Below are positions 19,091 through 30,200 of a DNA stretch of 48,468 bases, one piece after another. The notes under the pieces are model-generated. The model was not told where the DNA came from. It saw only the letters and a list, made by a program, of their open reading frames with translations, and did no database searches. Numbering within the stretch: the first letter of the stretch is position 1; the number at the start of each line of letters is the position of its first letter. The DNA is from Lachnospiraceae bacterium. GTDB taxonomy: Bacteria; Bacillota; Clostridia; Lachnospirales; Lachnospiraceae. The translations under genes and the position numbers were made by a program. The DNA is taken from assembly GCA_029098105.1 (NCBI GenBank), contig JAQXNR010000033.1, positions 1 through 48,468 on the forward strand, read 5' to 3'.

Positions 19091-19798
19091 TTATGCAGAT
19101 GGCTGGTCTGACTTGTCTGCCTCAGAAACAACTTTCTGTATAACCCTTCCATCCGACAATTCATACAACACATCTGCCGCCTCCATCAAATCGGCGCTGT
19201 GGGTTGTCATCACAATCGTACACTCTTCCTGGGCAATCAGGTCTTTGAAAATTTTCACAACTCTAAGTGCCGTCATAGTATCCAGTGCCGCTGTCGGCTC
19301 ATCGGCAAAAATCACTTTGGGTTGGTGGGCAATCGCCCGGGCAATGGCAACTCTCTGCTGTTCTCCGCCCGACAACTGTGCTGGAAGATGGTGCATCCGT
19401 TCCGCCAGACCTACCTTTTTCAGGCACTCCTCTGCCCGCTTTTTGCGGTCTCCCTTATATCCTGCCAGCCGCAGTGCATAATCCACATTTTCATAAGCCG
19501 TCATAATGGGAATCAATGCCACTGCCTGAAATATAAAACCAATTTGGTAACGACGCAACTGTTCTTTCTCCTTTTCGGTCATTTGCGTAAGATTGTCTTC
19601 ATCAAAATGCACTACCCCGTTACTGCTTTCATCCAGCGCACTTATAATATTCAACAGCGTTGTCTTACCGGAACCGGAGCGCCCTTTCAATATGGTGAGT
19701 TTTCCTCTGGGTATGTCCACATTGACATCCCGCAGGGCATAAAACTCTCCGCCAGAAGGAACCGGGTATATTTTGTCAATATGTTCTGCCTTAATCAT
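19091..19798 (-). CDS. ABC transporter ATP-binding protein (LolD/MacB-type)
   Basis: GRSGSGKTT, LSGGEQQR and FADEPT motifs. Confidence 0.95.
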   Translation of the reverse strand: MIKAEHIDKIYPVPSGGEFYALRDVNVDIPRGKLTILKGRSGSGKTTLLNIISALDESSNGVVHFDEDNLTQMTEKEKEQLRRYQIGFIFQAVALIPIMTAYENVDYALRLAGYKGDRKKRAEECLKKVGLAERMHHLPAQLSGGEQQRVAIARAIAHQPKVIFADEPTAALDTMTALRVVKIFKDLIAQEECTIVMTTHSADLMEAADVLYELSDGRVIQKVVSEADKSDQPSA

Positions 19799-19808
19799 GC
19801 TGCACCTC

Positions 19809-22688
19809 CTAGTCTTCTCCCAGTTTTAATGCCTGGGAAATATTCATGCGGGACACCAGTTTCATCAACACTACAACGCAAATCACTACCATCAGGAAAA
19901 TGACGCCGCCCAACTGCAACAAATCTGCCAGTTTTACCACAGTTCTCAGAGGAATGTAGCGGCTGCCCGGCAAATACACAATCTCCATAACCGGGACAAA
20001 AATCAGGGAAGTCACATATCCCACCAGGGCTCCCACCAGAATGGAAAACAACGTGCTGAAAATCTGCTCATTAATAAGCATTTTTTTCACTTCCCTTCGA
20101 CTCATTCCCATCGCCCGGTAAATTCCAAAAAGCAATTCCCGGGAACGGATGGACAAAATCCAGTAGATTAAAAATCCAGTTGTGCATAGCAGAATGACAA
20201 CCAGAAAACTAATCGTCAATAGTCCGTTGGTACACTGGTAAAGCGGCTCATTTTTTTCCTTGAGCAATTCGTTGGAAGTGTCAGAAAACGCCTCCAGTTT
20301 TATGTTGTTATCCTTCACCCAGTCATAAATTGGCTGGACATTATCTCCCTTCGTTTTCATATAAACAGAATAGGGTTGTACCTCAATGGAACTCATAATG
20401 CAGTCAAAATTTCCAATAATATAACAGTTCTGCTGCTTTTCTACCGTTTCCTGTTCGGTCAGGGTCATAGTCTCATTGGCGAAGGTAGGCCAGTAATTTA
20501 TAATGCCTACTACCTTTCCTATACTATATTCAAATATGTGCCGACCCAACGCATCCTCGTAAGAAATATTTACTTCATCTCCCACTTCAATCCCATATTT
20601 CTCTGACAGTGTTTGGGATACCAGCAAACCATTATACTGTTCTGCCAGCAGATTCAAGTAATGGTACCAGTGCTTTTTCTCTAAATCGTCCCGAAACCAG
20701 CAACATTCTCCAAATCCCTTTGGCTCAATTCCCAGCACCTGTGCATCAACATCAATTGCCTTGCTGGTTTCTGCTATCACATCCAACTTTGCCCAGGAGC
20801 GGAAGACTCTGGTCATTGCCTCCACGTCATTGGACAACGCCTCATACTTTTCATAATCCGGTTCCGAATATTGTAATTTTATATCCACGCCATTTGAATG
20901 ACTTCTCAATACCATAGGCAGATTGCTCTCCCACTTCTCCATCAGGGAAATATCTGCCCCCTTTTCAAACTTCAGTTCCTCTTCCTGATTCTGGTTGATG
21001 GTACTGGCAGTGACCGCATCAAAAATACCAAGGGAAATGGTCATAATCAGAAACAGAGAAATAAATTGCTGTTTGCTGCTGGTGCGAATTATCTGTAAAA
21101 AAGAAGCGTACCACTCCGGTTTCCAGAACCGCTTTCCAATGGTAAAAACCAGCCAGACAATGCGCGGTATGATTCTTAATGCCAGTAGTCCACAGCCGAG
21201 AATAAACAGAGAAGAACTGAGTAAAAGCAGGCAATCCACGTTTCCCCCCGCTGCAATTTTCGCAGAAAGATATTCTTTCTGCTGGGTATAATTATAATAA
21301 ATGTAGAGGGACACACCTAATAACACAATGTCCAGAAACAGTTTTTTCCACAGTGGTTTTTTCTCCTTTTTCTGTTCCTGTTTATACTCCACAATAGTCA
21401 TCCGGGAAACGGAAATAACCGGAAGAACCATGACGGCAATCGAAAAAAGATTCGCCACCAAAAGATACCATACAATATCCCAGGAAAACATGATGTGCAG
21501 TGTTTTGCGCCCAACAAACTGTAAAAAAGAACTGGCGGAACCAATGAGATTTGCAAACAGCATTCCCACAGGGATTCCCATCAAGGTAGAAAATCCGGAA
21601 ATCATCGCCGACTGCAGCAGGTATACGCAGACAATCTGCCTGCGACTGCCTCCCCGGCTCTTGAGCATCGCAATTTCATTTTCTTCCATGGACAACATCT
21701 GCTTGCTGACCATATAGATAAAAATCGCGAGCAACAGTAACACCGGAACCTGCAGAATCAGCATTACCATACGAATGCTTCCCCGGTTGACACTGTAAGT
21801 TTTCAATGCTTCATCAAATCCAGTATGCAGTCTTATTGCAGGATCACTGGAAAATTGCTTTTTCAACTGCTGACTGGAATCCCGCAGTTTTTTATAATTA
21901 AAGTCAGTAAAAGAGGAACTGTCCAGCAGTGTATGGAAACGCACAATGGTATCATTTCCCCCTTCAAATCGAATCTGTTCCAGACAGTGTTGAAACATTT
22001 TCTCTGAGACAAAAATCTCGTTATTGTACTGGGAAGTATCCTCCATCCAGTACGAGTCCCCCTCTTTCTCCGAAAACACTCCCACAATCTCAAAAGTTAC
22101 CGGCTGTTTGGAATCTTTGTCCACCACCTGGTCCAGAGTAATTTGCTGACCAACCATCAACTCCCGTTTCATCATCGTAGATTCTGCCACAACACAGGGA
22201 ACCGGCTGATTTGCCTCTATCGAATCTCCCCACCATTCCCCGGAAAGCAGATTACTGTGCTCTTTTAAATCCGTCAAATAGGATACTGCAAATTTGTCCG
22301 TAGAACTGTATTCTGCCAAAGTCATATTTCCGATACTGGAAGCCGGGAAGGAATAATAAGAGCATTTCTCCATTGCTTTTATACCATAGTCTGTTTGAAG
22401 AGCATCGCATACCTGTTTCGGATCTTCGTAATCCCCATCCAAAAAGCAGTAGTTGGTCAATCCGCTTTCTTTGTTTTTACCCAGTCTGCCTAAGACTTCC
22501 ACTTCCCCTACATTACGGACATCTTTAAGCTCCACTTCCTCCAAATCAGACTGCAGGGTACGGTTCAGTGCAGCATGGTAATACATCGGATTGCTGACTG
22601 CAATTCCAATTAACAGAATATTACCGAGGAGCAGACAGATACACATCCATTTCTTATGAAGCATTTTCTCTAACACAAATTTTTTCAT
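19809..22688 (-). CDS. FtsX/MacB-like ABC transporter permease
   Basis: Two extracellular-domain/TM modules with EIAMLKSRG and LFGIYRAMG coupling motifs. Confidence 0.9.
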   Translation of the reverse strand: MKKFVLEKMLHKKWMCICLLLGNILLIGIAVSNPMYYHAALNRTLQSDLEEVELKDVRNVGEVEVLGRLGKNKESGLTNYCFLDGDYEDPKQVCDALQTDYGIKAMEKCSYYSFPASSIGNMTLAEYSSTDKFAVSYLTDLKEHSNLLSGEWWGDSIEANQPVPCVVAESTMMKRELMVGQQITLDQVVDKDSKQPVTFEIVGVFSEKEGDSYWMEDTSQYNNEIFVSEKMFQHCLEQIRFEGGNDTIVRFHTLLDSSSFTDFNYKKLRDSSQQLKKQFSSDPAIRLHTGFDEALKTYSVNRGSIRMVMLILQVPVLLLLAIFIYMVSKQMLSMEENEIAMLKSRGGSRRQIVCVYLLQSAMISGFSTLMGIPVGMLFANLIGSASSFLQFVGRKTLHIMFSWDIVWYLLVANLFSIAVMVLPVISVSRMTIVEYKQEQKKEKKPLWKKLFLDIVLLGVSLYIYYNYTQQKEYLSAKIAAGGNVDCLLLLSSSLFILGCGLLALRIIPRIVWLVFTIGKRFWKPEWYASFLQIIRTSSKQQFISLFLIMTISLGIFDAVTASTINQNQEEELKFEKGADISLMEKWESNLPMVLRSHSNGVDIKLQYSEPDYEKYEALSNDVEAMTRVFRSWAKLDVIAETSKAIDVDAQVLGIEPKGFGECCWFRDDLEKKHWYHYLNLLAEQYNGLLVSQTLSEKYGIEVGDEVNISYEDALGRHIFEYSIGKVVGIINYWPTFANETMTLTEQETVEKQQNCYIIGNFDCIMSSIEVQPYSVYMKTKGDNVQPIYDWVKDNNIKLEAFSDTSNELLKEKNEPLYQCTNGLLTISFLVVILLCTTGFLIYWILSIRSRELLFGIYRAMGMSRREVKKMLINEQIFSTLFSILVGALVGYVTSLIFVPVMEIVYLPGSRYIPLRTVVKLADLLQLGGVIFLMVVICVVVLMKLVSRMNISQALKLGED

Positions 22689-22699
22689 CGCGCGCCTCC

Positions 22700-24901
22700 T
22701 TAATATACTGTAACCTCACCGGAAAATTCCGGGTATTCCAGATACACAACGGTGTCTTTCTCATCCAATCCGGAAAGAATCCAATACTGATTGTTATAAC
22801 TTCCATGGGCCTGAATGCTCTGTAACACATAAGTACCGTCCTGCTTCTTTCGCAATACGTTGTAATCTGCTGTATAGTCCATATTATCAATCGGATTGGT
22901 CTCTCCTCCTTGTACCGTGTAATGATACGTTTTATTACAGGCATCCCCGGGAATCACCAGCACTCCGGTAACTTCCTTCTGTGTGTGTTCCAGTCTTACA
23001 ATTTCAGCATCTTCCGGCACTTTTTTGTCCGGTTTTATGTAACAGGAATAAGGATCGATTTCTCCTTCCTCATCCCCATCTTCGTTACTTTTGCAAATGT
23101 CATTTCCTGCATATACCACTGTACCGCTATACGTTTTATTCTCATCCGTTACCATTTTGACTTTCATTCCCTGGTGCAGTCCAAACGACCAGAAAGATTG
23201 AAAATACAAGGTGTCCTGATTGGTAATTTGACACAAAACCGTATTACTATCTATGATTTCTCCCTTTTTGTTCCCACAGCAGGAACTAACCAGTCCAGAC
23301 ATAGTTGCCCGCACAACACCGGAAGCCTTCTCTTCCAGTTCCTGTTGCTCCTTGCTTGCTCTTGACACTTCCAGATTTGCTGCTTTCATTGCGACAGCAT
23401 GCTCTGCCTTCAAAATATCAATATCGTACTGCACCTGTCCTTTTTCAAACTGGGATTTCGCCTTTTTCTTCTCTTTTTCATATTGGGAAAGTTGCTGCTG
23501 GTATGACTGGTTCTGTGCATTCACTGCCTGCCGCGCCTGGGTCAGTGCATTGGCAGCTGCTATCTTTTCACTTGCCTTTACACCGTGGTCTACATAAGCA
23601 ATCACATCACCCTTTTCCACCATGTCTCCATCTTTTACCACCAATTTTTGAAATACGGTTCCCTCCTGCTCATCCACAATCTGACAGGATTCATAGGGTT
23701 GGAAACCATCGTACGCACCGTTTTCTACATAAGTATAATCACAGTCGCCCAAAACCGGCTGTACCTCCTTCACCTGTGAGATATCCTCTCCTCCTTCCTG
23801 TTCCATTGTTTGCAACTTGAGCATCAGTTCATCGTATTCTACATAAGTTATCACATCCCCTTGTTGCAGTCCCGCGGTCACCTCTGTATAGTAATTATTT
23901 TGTTCTCCGGTCTGAATGGTAACCCGCTGAGAGGTACCTTCCCGTTGTATGTAGACAAACTTCTCCTCCCGGTCCTGCTTGATGGCAGCATTGGGAACTG
24001 CAAGCACCTGTTTTTTCTCCTCTCCCCGGGCAATAAGCACACCTGCCGTTGCCGTCTCTAACTTCTCAATCCCATCAAAAGTATAGCAAGGATATGTCTT
24101 TAAATTGCCCTTGATTAGATTTTTTTTCTCCTTAGCAGTATAGGAATATTCCTTTACCGGGTATTCCTTATCTTGAATTCTCACAGAAATATCCGTAAAC
24201 TCTTCCAATTCCTTATAGGTTTCGGAAGCATACACCACCACCTTTTTATCTTCATTATAGACAACTACTACAGGCATGTTTTCCTCTATCTGACTTCCCG
24301 GCATGGCATTCCCAATAAAATATCCCACCTGTCCATTACAGGGCGCCACAATATTGTTTTTCTTTAATTTCTTTTCCAGTTTTTTTAAGGTTTCCTCGTC
24401 TTGCTCCGCAGCAATTTGGTAACGCTGGTTTTCATAGGATATCCGATGTTCTATCTCAGAAATCTGTGCCTTACACAATTCTTTTTGTTTTGTGTGATAT
24501 AACTCCTTTTCCTTTTTCTTTTTTTGTAACTGGTAAACCTTAAGTTGGGATTGATGCTGGGTCTTCTCACTGTCCACCTGCTCCCGCAGGGAATCATATT
24601 CATTCTGCAATTCCTCGGAAGCAACCGTAGCAATCACATCTCCTTTTTTCACAGAATCTCCCAAATGCTTATAAACCTCTTTAATGACCCCGGAAGTCTT
24701 TGCCACCGCACATTCCCGGACACCTTCCACAAAGCCATCCACGGTATTTATATTTGTAATATCCATTGGCTGTACCGTATAGGTTTTCTGCGAACCCTGC
24801 TGTTCTTCTTTCAGTCGGGGGGCCTTCAAAACTGCTTTCTGGCAGCCACTCACTATACAAAGGCAAAAAATCATCATCATCGCCGCAATTCTCTTTCTCA
24901 T
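22700..24901 (-). CDS. Membrane fusion (periplasmic adaptor) lipoprotein with two tandem MFP units
   Basis: Lipobox-like VSGC. Two lipoyl/coiled-coil/beta-barrel repeats: GDSVKKGDVIA...IVAPCNG...AVPNAA and GDMVEKGDVIA...VRATMSG...VIPGDA. Confidence 0.85.
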   Translation of the reverse strand: MRKRIAAMMMIFCLCIVSGCQKAVLKAPRLKEEQQGSQKTYTVQPMDITNINTVDGFVEGVRECAVAKTSGVIKEVYKHLGDSVKKGDVIATVASEELQNEYDSLREQVDSEKTQHQSQLKVYQLQKKKKEKELYHTKQKELCKAQISEIEHRISYENQRYQIAAEQDEETLKKLEKKLKKNNIVAPCNGQVGYFIGNAMPGSQIEENMPVVVVYNEDKKVVVYASETYKELEEFTDISVRIQDKEYPVKEYSYTAKEKKNLIKGNLKTYPCYTFDGIEKLETATAGVLIARGEEKKQVLAVPNAAIKQDREEKFVYIQREGTSQRVTIQTGEQNNYYTEVTAGLQQGDVITYVEYDELMLKLQTMEQEGGEDISQVKEVQPVLGDCDYTYVENGAYDGFQPYESCQIVDEQEGTVFQKLVVKDGDMVEKGDVIAYVDHGVKASEKIAAANALTQARQAVNAQNQSYQQQLSQYEKEKKKAKSQFEKGQVQYDIDILKAEHAVAMKAANLEVSRASKEQQELEEKASGVVRATMSGLVSSCCGNKKGEIIDSNTVLCQITNQDTLYFQSFWSFGLHQGMKVKMVTDENKTYSGTVVYAGNDICKSNEDGDEEGEIDPYSCYIKPDKKVPEDAEIVRLEHTQKEVTGVLVIPGDACNKTYHYTVQGGETNPIDNMDYTADYNVLRKKQDGTYVLQSIQAHGSYNNQYWILSGLDEKDTVVYLEYPEFSGEVTVY

Positions 24902-24913
24902 CTTCTCACCCCA

Positions 24914-26032
24914 CTATTTCAAAATTACATCCTGACCCACGCTCAGTCCGGAACAAATCTCTATATTGGTACCATCACTTTTTCCCGTCTCCACCTTTTG
25001 AGCCGTACGCATACCATCTTCATCCAACAGGTACACATAGGTTTCTCCCTGCAGGCTGACAACCGCATCTTTGGGTATATACAATACATTTTTCAGTTCT
25101 TCGTTGGAAGTTATAAAACCAAGCGTATTCGCACTTAAATCGTAAGCCTCATCCAGAAATTCAAATTTCATTACTGCCTTTTGTTCCTGCTCTGTCCCCG
25201 TTTTCCCTGCTTTCTCCACAGCAGAAATCTTCATCTTATATTTCTGGTTCTCTATTGTCATCGTAACTTCCGTTCCCACCGGGTAATTTTCATAATCACT
25301 GGTAATACATTCAAAATGATAATTGCCTTTGCTGATGCGCATAAATTCCAGTTCCCGGTTCGATTTGACCGTTTCTCCATTATTGGTCTTCACCGATTCC
25401 GGATTAAAAATATAGGTGACGATTCCATTCTGTGGTGCAATAATCTGACGGTTCTTCTTTTCCTGCAGTGCCTCTTCGTACTCCGCCTTCGCCAGCCGTG
25501 CCTCCGACTGACTGGCGGTACGGGAAGTCTCCAACTGGCGAATGGAATCTTTTAATTCGCCACTGCTCATTCCACTTAGATTACCGATTTTCCTCATATC
25601 AGCAATCTGCACTCCGTAGTCCGCTACCTCCAGTTCCTTCAGCAAATGCTCCCGTTTCGCGCTGCTCAGTACATCCTCCACTCCACTCATATCCAATTCT
25701 GCCAGAACTTGCCCCTTTTTTACCTTATCTCCCACGCTCACATAAACAGTCCCATAGTTAAGTCCCGATTTTCCAAACTTCAGACTCTGCTCCTCACTGC
25801 ACTTTGCAGTGCAGGAAAGAGCGGTATAAATATTCAAATCTCCTTGTTTCACAACGGCTGTCTCATAAGACAACTGCTTCGTCTGATTCTGGCTCTTCTT
25901 AACCAAATCTTCACGGATTTCCGGTTCCTCCTGTAACAGTCCACATCCACCACAAAGAACCAGCATGACAATCAGCCCCACTGCAGCAAACCTACGCCTT
26001 CCCCTTATTCCCCACAATCTGCAAAACTTCAT
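24914..26032 (-). CDS. Efflux membrane fusion (periplasmic adaptor) lipoprotein
   Basis: LCGGC lipobox, VSVGDKVKKGQVLAEL, IIAPQNGIV and IPKDAV motifs. Confidence 0.9.
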   Translation of the reverse strand: MKFCRLWGIRGRRRFAAVGLIVMLVLCGGCGLLQEEPEIREDLVKKSQNQTKQLSYETAVVKQGDLNIYTALSCTAKCSEEQSLKFGKSGLNYGTVYVSVGDKVKKGQVLAELDMSGVEDVLSSAKREHLLKELEVADYGVQIADMRKIGNLSGMSSGELKDSIRQLETSRTASQSEARLAKAEYEEALQEKKNRQIIAPQNGIVTYIFNPESVKTNNGETVKSNRELEFMRISKGNYHFECITSDYENYPVGTEVTMTIENQKYKMKISAVEKAGKTGTEQEQKAVMKFEFLDEAYDLSANTLGFITSNEELKNVLYIPKDAVVSLQGETYVYLLDEDGMRTAQKVETGKSDGTNIEICSGLSVGQDVILK

Positions 26033-26062
26033 ATCGCCACCTCTTTCCAACTGATTTCCCTC

Positions 26063-26128
26063 ATTATATTAAACTTCCCCCAACTTAGTTAGTGGAAAAG
26101 TCTTACGAATTCTTACAAATGTCTTACA
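26063..26128 (-). promoter_or_regulatory. Promoter with OmpR-family direct-repeat site for the ABC/MFP operon
   Basis: TCTTAC x3 at 26101, 26111 and 26122 (10-11 bp period) upstream of TATAAT (26068-26063); no good -35 box. Confidence 0.7.
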
Positions 26129-26132
26129 ATAT

Positions 26133-26177
26133 AAAAATACCTCCAAAGCAGTTTGTGTTTCTGCTTTGAAGGTATTT
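26133..26177 (-). terminator. pfkA intrinsic terminator
   Basis: Minus strand AAATACCTTCAAAGCAG-loop-CTGCTTTGGAGGTATTTTT. Confidence 0.8.
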
Positions 26178-26221
26178 CTGTCATGAACTCCCAACGCAAT
26201 CTACTATGCCTTCTCTGTCAC

Positions 26222-27196
26222 CTACTCGGACAGTCTCAGGCTCAACTCATACTGGAAAGAGTCCAGCGTATTATTTTGTAATGTCAACGCCTCCGCTATA
26301 TCAAAATCAATTAACAGGTCGTTCTTAATTGCCACAATACGGTTTTCTTTTCCCTGATTCAGAATCTCTATGGCATAGGCTCCCATCAGGGAACCATACA
26401 TTCTGTCTTTCGCAGTTGGTTGTCCACCTCTTTGAATGTATCCCAGAACCGACACTCTGGATTCAATTCCGGTTTTTTGCCGAATCCGTTCTGCCAGTTC
26501 CGGTGCATCAATCACACCCTCTGCCACAACAACTAAATAACTGTTTCTTCCATCCGCATGGCGTTTGGCAATGGAATCCGTTATATTGTCAAAATTACCA
26601 TCCCATTTTTCCGGAAGAACAATGGCATCTGCCGAAGTAGCCATTCCTGCCCACAGAGCAATATAGCCCCGCTTTCTTCCCATAACTTCGACCACACTGC
26701 ATCTGCCGTGGGAAACTGAAGAATCCCGAATTTTATCAATCGCCTCTGTTGCCGTATTGGCAGCAGTGTCAAATCCCAATGTATATTCGGTACATGCCAC
26801 ATCCCGGTCAATCGTTCCCGGGATGCATACAATATTCACTCCCTCTTTGCGAAATTCAATGGCACCTCTTAAAGTTCCATCACCACCAATTGCCACAACT
26901 GCATCGACACCATGTTTTTGCAAATTGTCCGCTGCCTGCTGCCGATACTCCTGTTGCAGGAAACGCTCACTTCGGCTGGTAAACAAAATCGTTCCACCCT
27001 GGTTATTGATATTGCGCACATCCTCCACTCCGATTGGAGTGGTTTCCCAATCAATCAGTCCATCGTAGCCCCGGAATACACCAACCACTTCCATTCCCAA
27101 ATGTGCGGCGCTAAACACCACCGCCCGGATGGCGGAATTCATCCCCGGTGCATCTCCACCACTTGTCAAAACTGCTATTTTTTTAATCTTGCTCAT
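26222..27196 (-). CDS. pfkA: ATP-dependent 6-phosphofructokinase
   Basis: TSGGDAPGMN, GGDG, PGTID, EVMGR and LGYIQRGG motifs. Confidence 0.96.
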   Translation of the reverse strand: MSKIKKIAVLTSGGDAPGMNSAIRAVVFSAAHLGMEVVGVFRGYDGLIDWETTPIGVEDVRNINNQGGTILFTSRSERFLQQEYRQQAADNLQKHGVDAVVAIGGDGTLRGAIEFRKEGVNIVCIPGTIDRDVACTEYTLGFDTAANTATEAIDKIRDSSVSHGRCSVVEVMGRKRGYIALWAGMATSADAIVLPEKWDGNFDNITDSIAKRHADGRNSYLVVVAEGVIDAPELAERIRQKTGIESRVSVLGYIQRGGQPTAKDRMYGSLMGAYAIEILNQGKENRIVAIKNDLLIDFDIAEALTLQNNTLDSFQYELSLRLSE

Positions 27197-27220
27197 AATG
27201 TCCTTCTCCTCTATGTCAGT

Positions 27221-30200
27221 CTACTTTATTTGCTGCTTCTTACCGTTGACTCCCCTCTGTTTTAACCATTTCCGGTAAATAACCTTCTTCTTGGAAGGCA
27301 CCTTCACTACAGCTTTTTGATTGATTCCGGAAAATGCCTGCTTACCGACGCTTTTTTTCGTAAGCAACGTACTCTTGATGTTGACAAGACTGAGCATTTT
27401 ACATTTTGAAAATGCCTGTACTCCGATTTTCTTCGTCTTACCAGGAATTGTAATCTTCTTTAAGGAAATACAACCGTAAAACGCCCGGTCTCCAATCGTG
27501 GTAACAAAGTCTCCCAGAGATACGCTTTTCAGTTTCTTACAACTTGCAAATGCCTTTTTCCCAATGCTTACCACCTCGAAATCAAAGTCATCCTTAGAAA
27601 CATAGTTTGGTATATTACACTTACTTATATTCTTGGAAGTGACAGCGATGCAGGAAACTGTAAACTCGTCATCCTCCGGATTCGATTTTACCACTTTGTA
27701 GGTAATTCCTTTCACCGAGAATCTCTCTCCCACTTTAGGATAACTTTCATCCGAACTGTCAGAATCATCCTCGTCTTCTGTGTCCTCCTCTTCCAGGTCA
27801 TCCGTATCCGTTACCGCACCAGAAGAATCATTAACCGAACTATTGTTGGAATTGTTTCCGGCAGTTCCAGTAGGGCTATTCCCAGCATTAGAAGTATTTC
27901 CAGTGGCATCACTAGTATTGGTTCCGGTGGAACTATCCCCGGAATTAGAAGTATTTCCAGTGGCAGGAATCACAGTCTGGTCCTTGATTGCACTACAACG
28001 GCTGCAATGGATGGATTTCAAACCGTCTGTTGTACCGGTCGCGGGAACATCAACCGTATATGACGTATCCCAACTGTGCCCTGTCGCATCAATTACGGTG
28101 TCTTCCAGTGTAATTTCATTTTTCCCAAATTCATCACGGTAACTGTGATTGCATTCCTGACAAACATAATATTCTGTATTTCCTGCCTGTTCACAACTAG
28201 CAGCCACCGCTTTGTAATGTGTCATGCTATGAACATGCTCACTTTGCAATGTGACACCGAAATTCTCTGTCAATGTTTCATAACCAGTTGCATTCTCCGG
28301 AACAATCACCACAAGTGCAGACGTGTCTATATTTTCAAAAGTATCCTCTGCCACCACCGGAGCAGTCGTTCCACTAAATGTAACACTTTCCAGACTATTA
28401 CAATTGGAAAAGGCTCCGCTTTCCACCGTCGTTACCGTAGAGGGAATCGTAATGACCGTTATTTCATCCTGCCCTGCAAAGGCATCTTCCTCCACCGTTG
28501 TCACAGTATACGTTTTTCCGTTAATTTCGATTGTAGAAGGAATATTCACTTCCCCAGTCAGAACCGTTCCCTCCTGGGCAGACACACTTACCGTACCGGA
28601 ATTTCCACTAGAAGTCAAAATCGTATAGGTAAGATCATCTATCGTAATCGGTACGGTAGTAATGGAAAAATCCTTTCGAATAGTTCCCTGAAAAATACCA
28701 GCGCCTGTAATAACTGCTGTCGCTGTCCCAGCCTCTTTATTGTTCTCATATGTCACAGTATAATCCTTGCCCTGCACTAACACAGTATCATGGTAGGAAA
28801 GACTCACATCCGGAGTACATGCATTCCCATCGTACACATAAGATGTCTGGGAAAGCGTAACGTCTGCGGGAGTAATGTCCACACTCCCTGAATCTCCAAT
28901 CCGTGCCGTCACTGTCCTTTTCAAACCGGGATTATATTTTGGATAAATGGTCAGCGTTGTAATTCCGGGAGCAATCACCTGCAAATTATTTTGAGAAGAA
29001 TTGGCAACCACTGTTTCCGGAACTGAAATAACCGATTCATCCGTAGACGTAATTACCATATCCCGGTATCCACTATCCCCATCCACATCATCAATCCAGC
29101 AATATATAATCGAATCCAACGGGTTCGAAACGGGAAAATAAGAATAGTAATACATAGAATCCGAAGTACTGTTTCTCCACCACAGTTTAAATGTTGTAGG
29201 GGGAATTATCTGAATCGTGTCCCCGCAACCGGAACAAATGCCAGTACGGTATCCCTCTTCATCCGCCTCACCATATATGTAATCATGTTCCGTTTTGGGA
29301 ACTACCTGCTCGATGGATTCCCCACAAATGTCACAACTATATACTTTTAATCCTGTCGTCGTACAAGTGGGAGAAATTTCAGATTTTAATTCCTTGGGAT
29401 GATTACACTTTACCGTAATCACAACAGAAGCCAGATCCGTCTCCCCAGATTTGGCAGTGATGGTTGTCGTACCATTCTTCAACCCCGTCACTACGCCATC
29501 GTTTGTCACCGTTGCAACAGACGGGTTGGAAGAAGTATAGGTTAACGAATCCAACACCCACAATTGATGCGTCTTGGAACCATTTTCCAGATTCGCTTTT
29601 GCTGTCAGCGCAGTTGTATTCCCGGTATAAATAGTGTCTGTACCAGTCAAACTATAGCCCACAATATAGGAATCCAGAACTTCTATTTTTTGCATTACAT
29701 CGGTCTGGGCATCCTGCATAGTCTGGTCCAGATTTTGGGAACTGGTAGAAAATTCTCCCGCCAACGTATTCGGGTAAGTTGCCTCTTCAGTGTAAAAATC
29801 TCCAAGTCCCACATAAGTATAGTTAGGATTAATCATGCTGGTATAGTGTCCTGTCACAGTCCCATCGACCTGATTCACCCAATTACTCTTTTCTCCATAC
29901 CACTGATTAATGCCGCTGACCATACTGGTTCCCCAATTATAGGCTAAATCCTCAGCCCAGGAAGACACCCCGTTATAACTGACACTAAACGTTCCTTTTC
30001 CATTCAACCGGTTATGTCCGGATGCCATAAACCCATATGCCAGCCCGCCTTCCATAGCACGGATTCGGGCAATACTCTCCAAATCCTTAGACCACTTAAT
30101 TGGAACATAATCACTGGAAGTCAGCATGCGGCTGGAGTCTCTGGGGGCTCTGGGGTCTGGTACATTCCCTGCATCACAGGCTTCTTTTCGAATCTCATTA

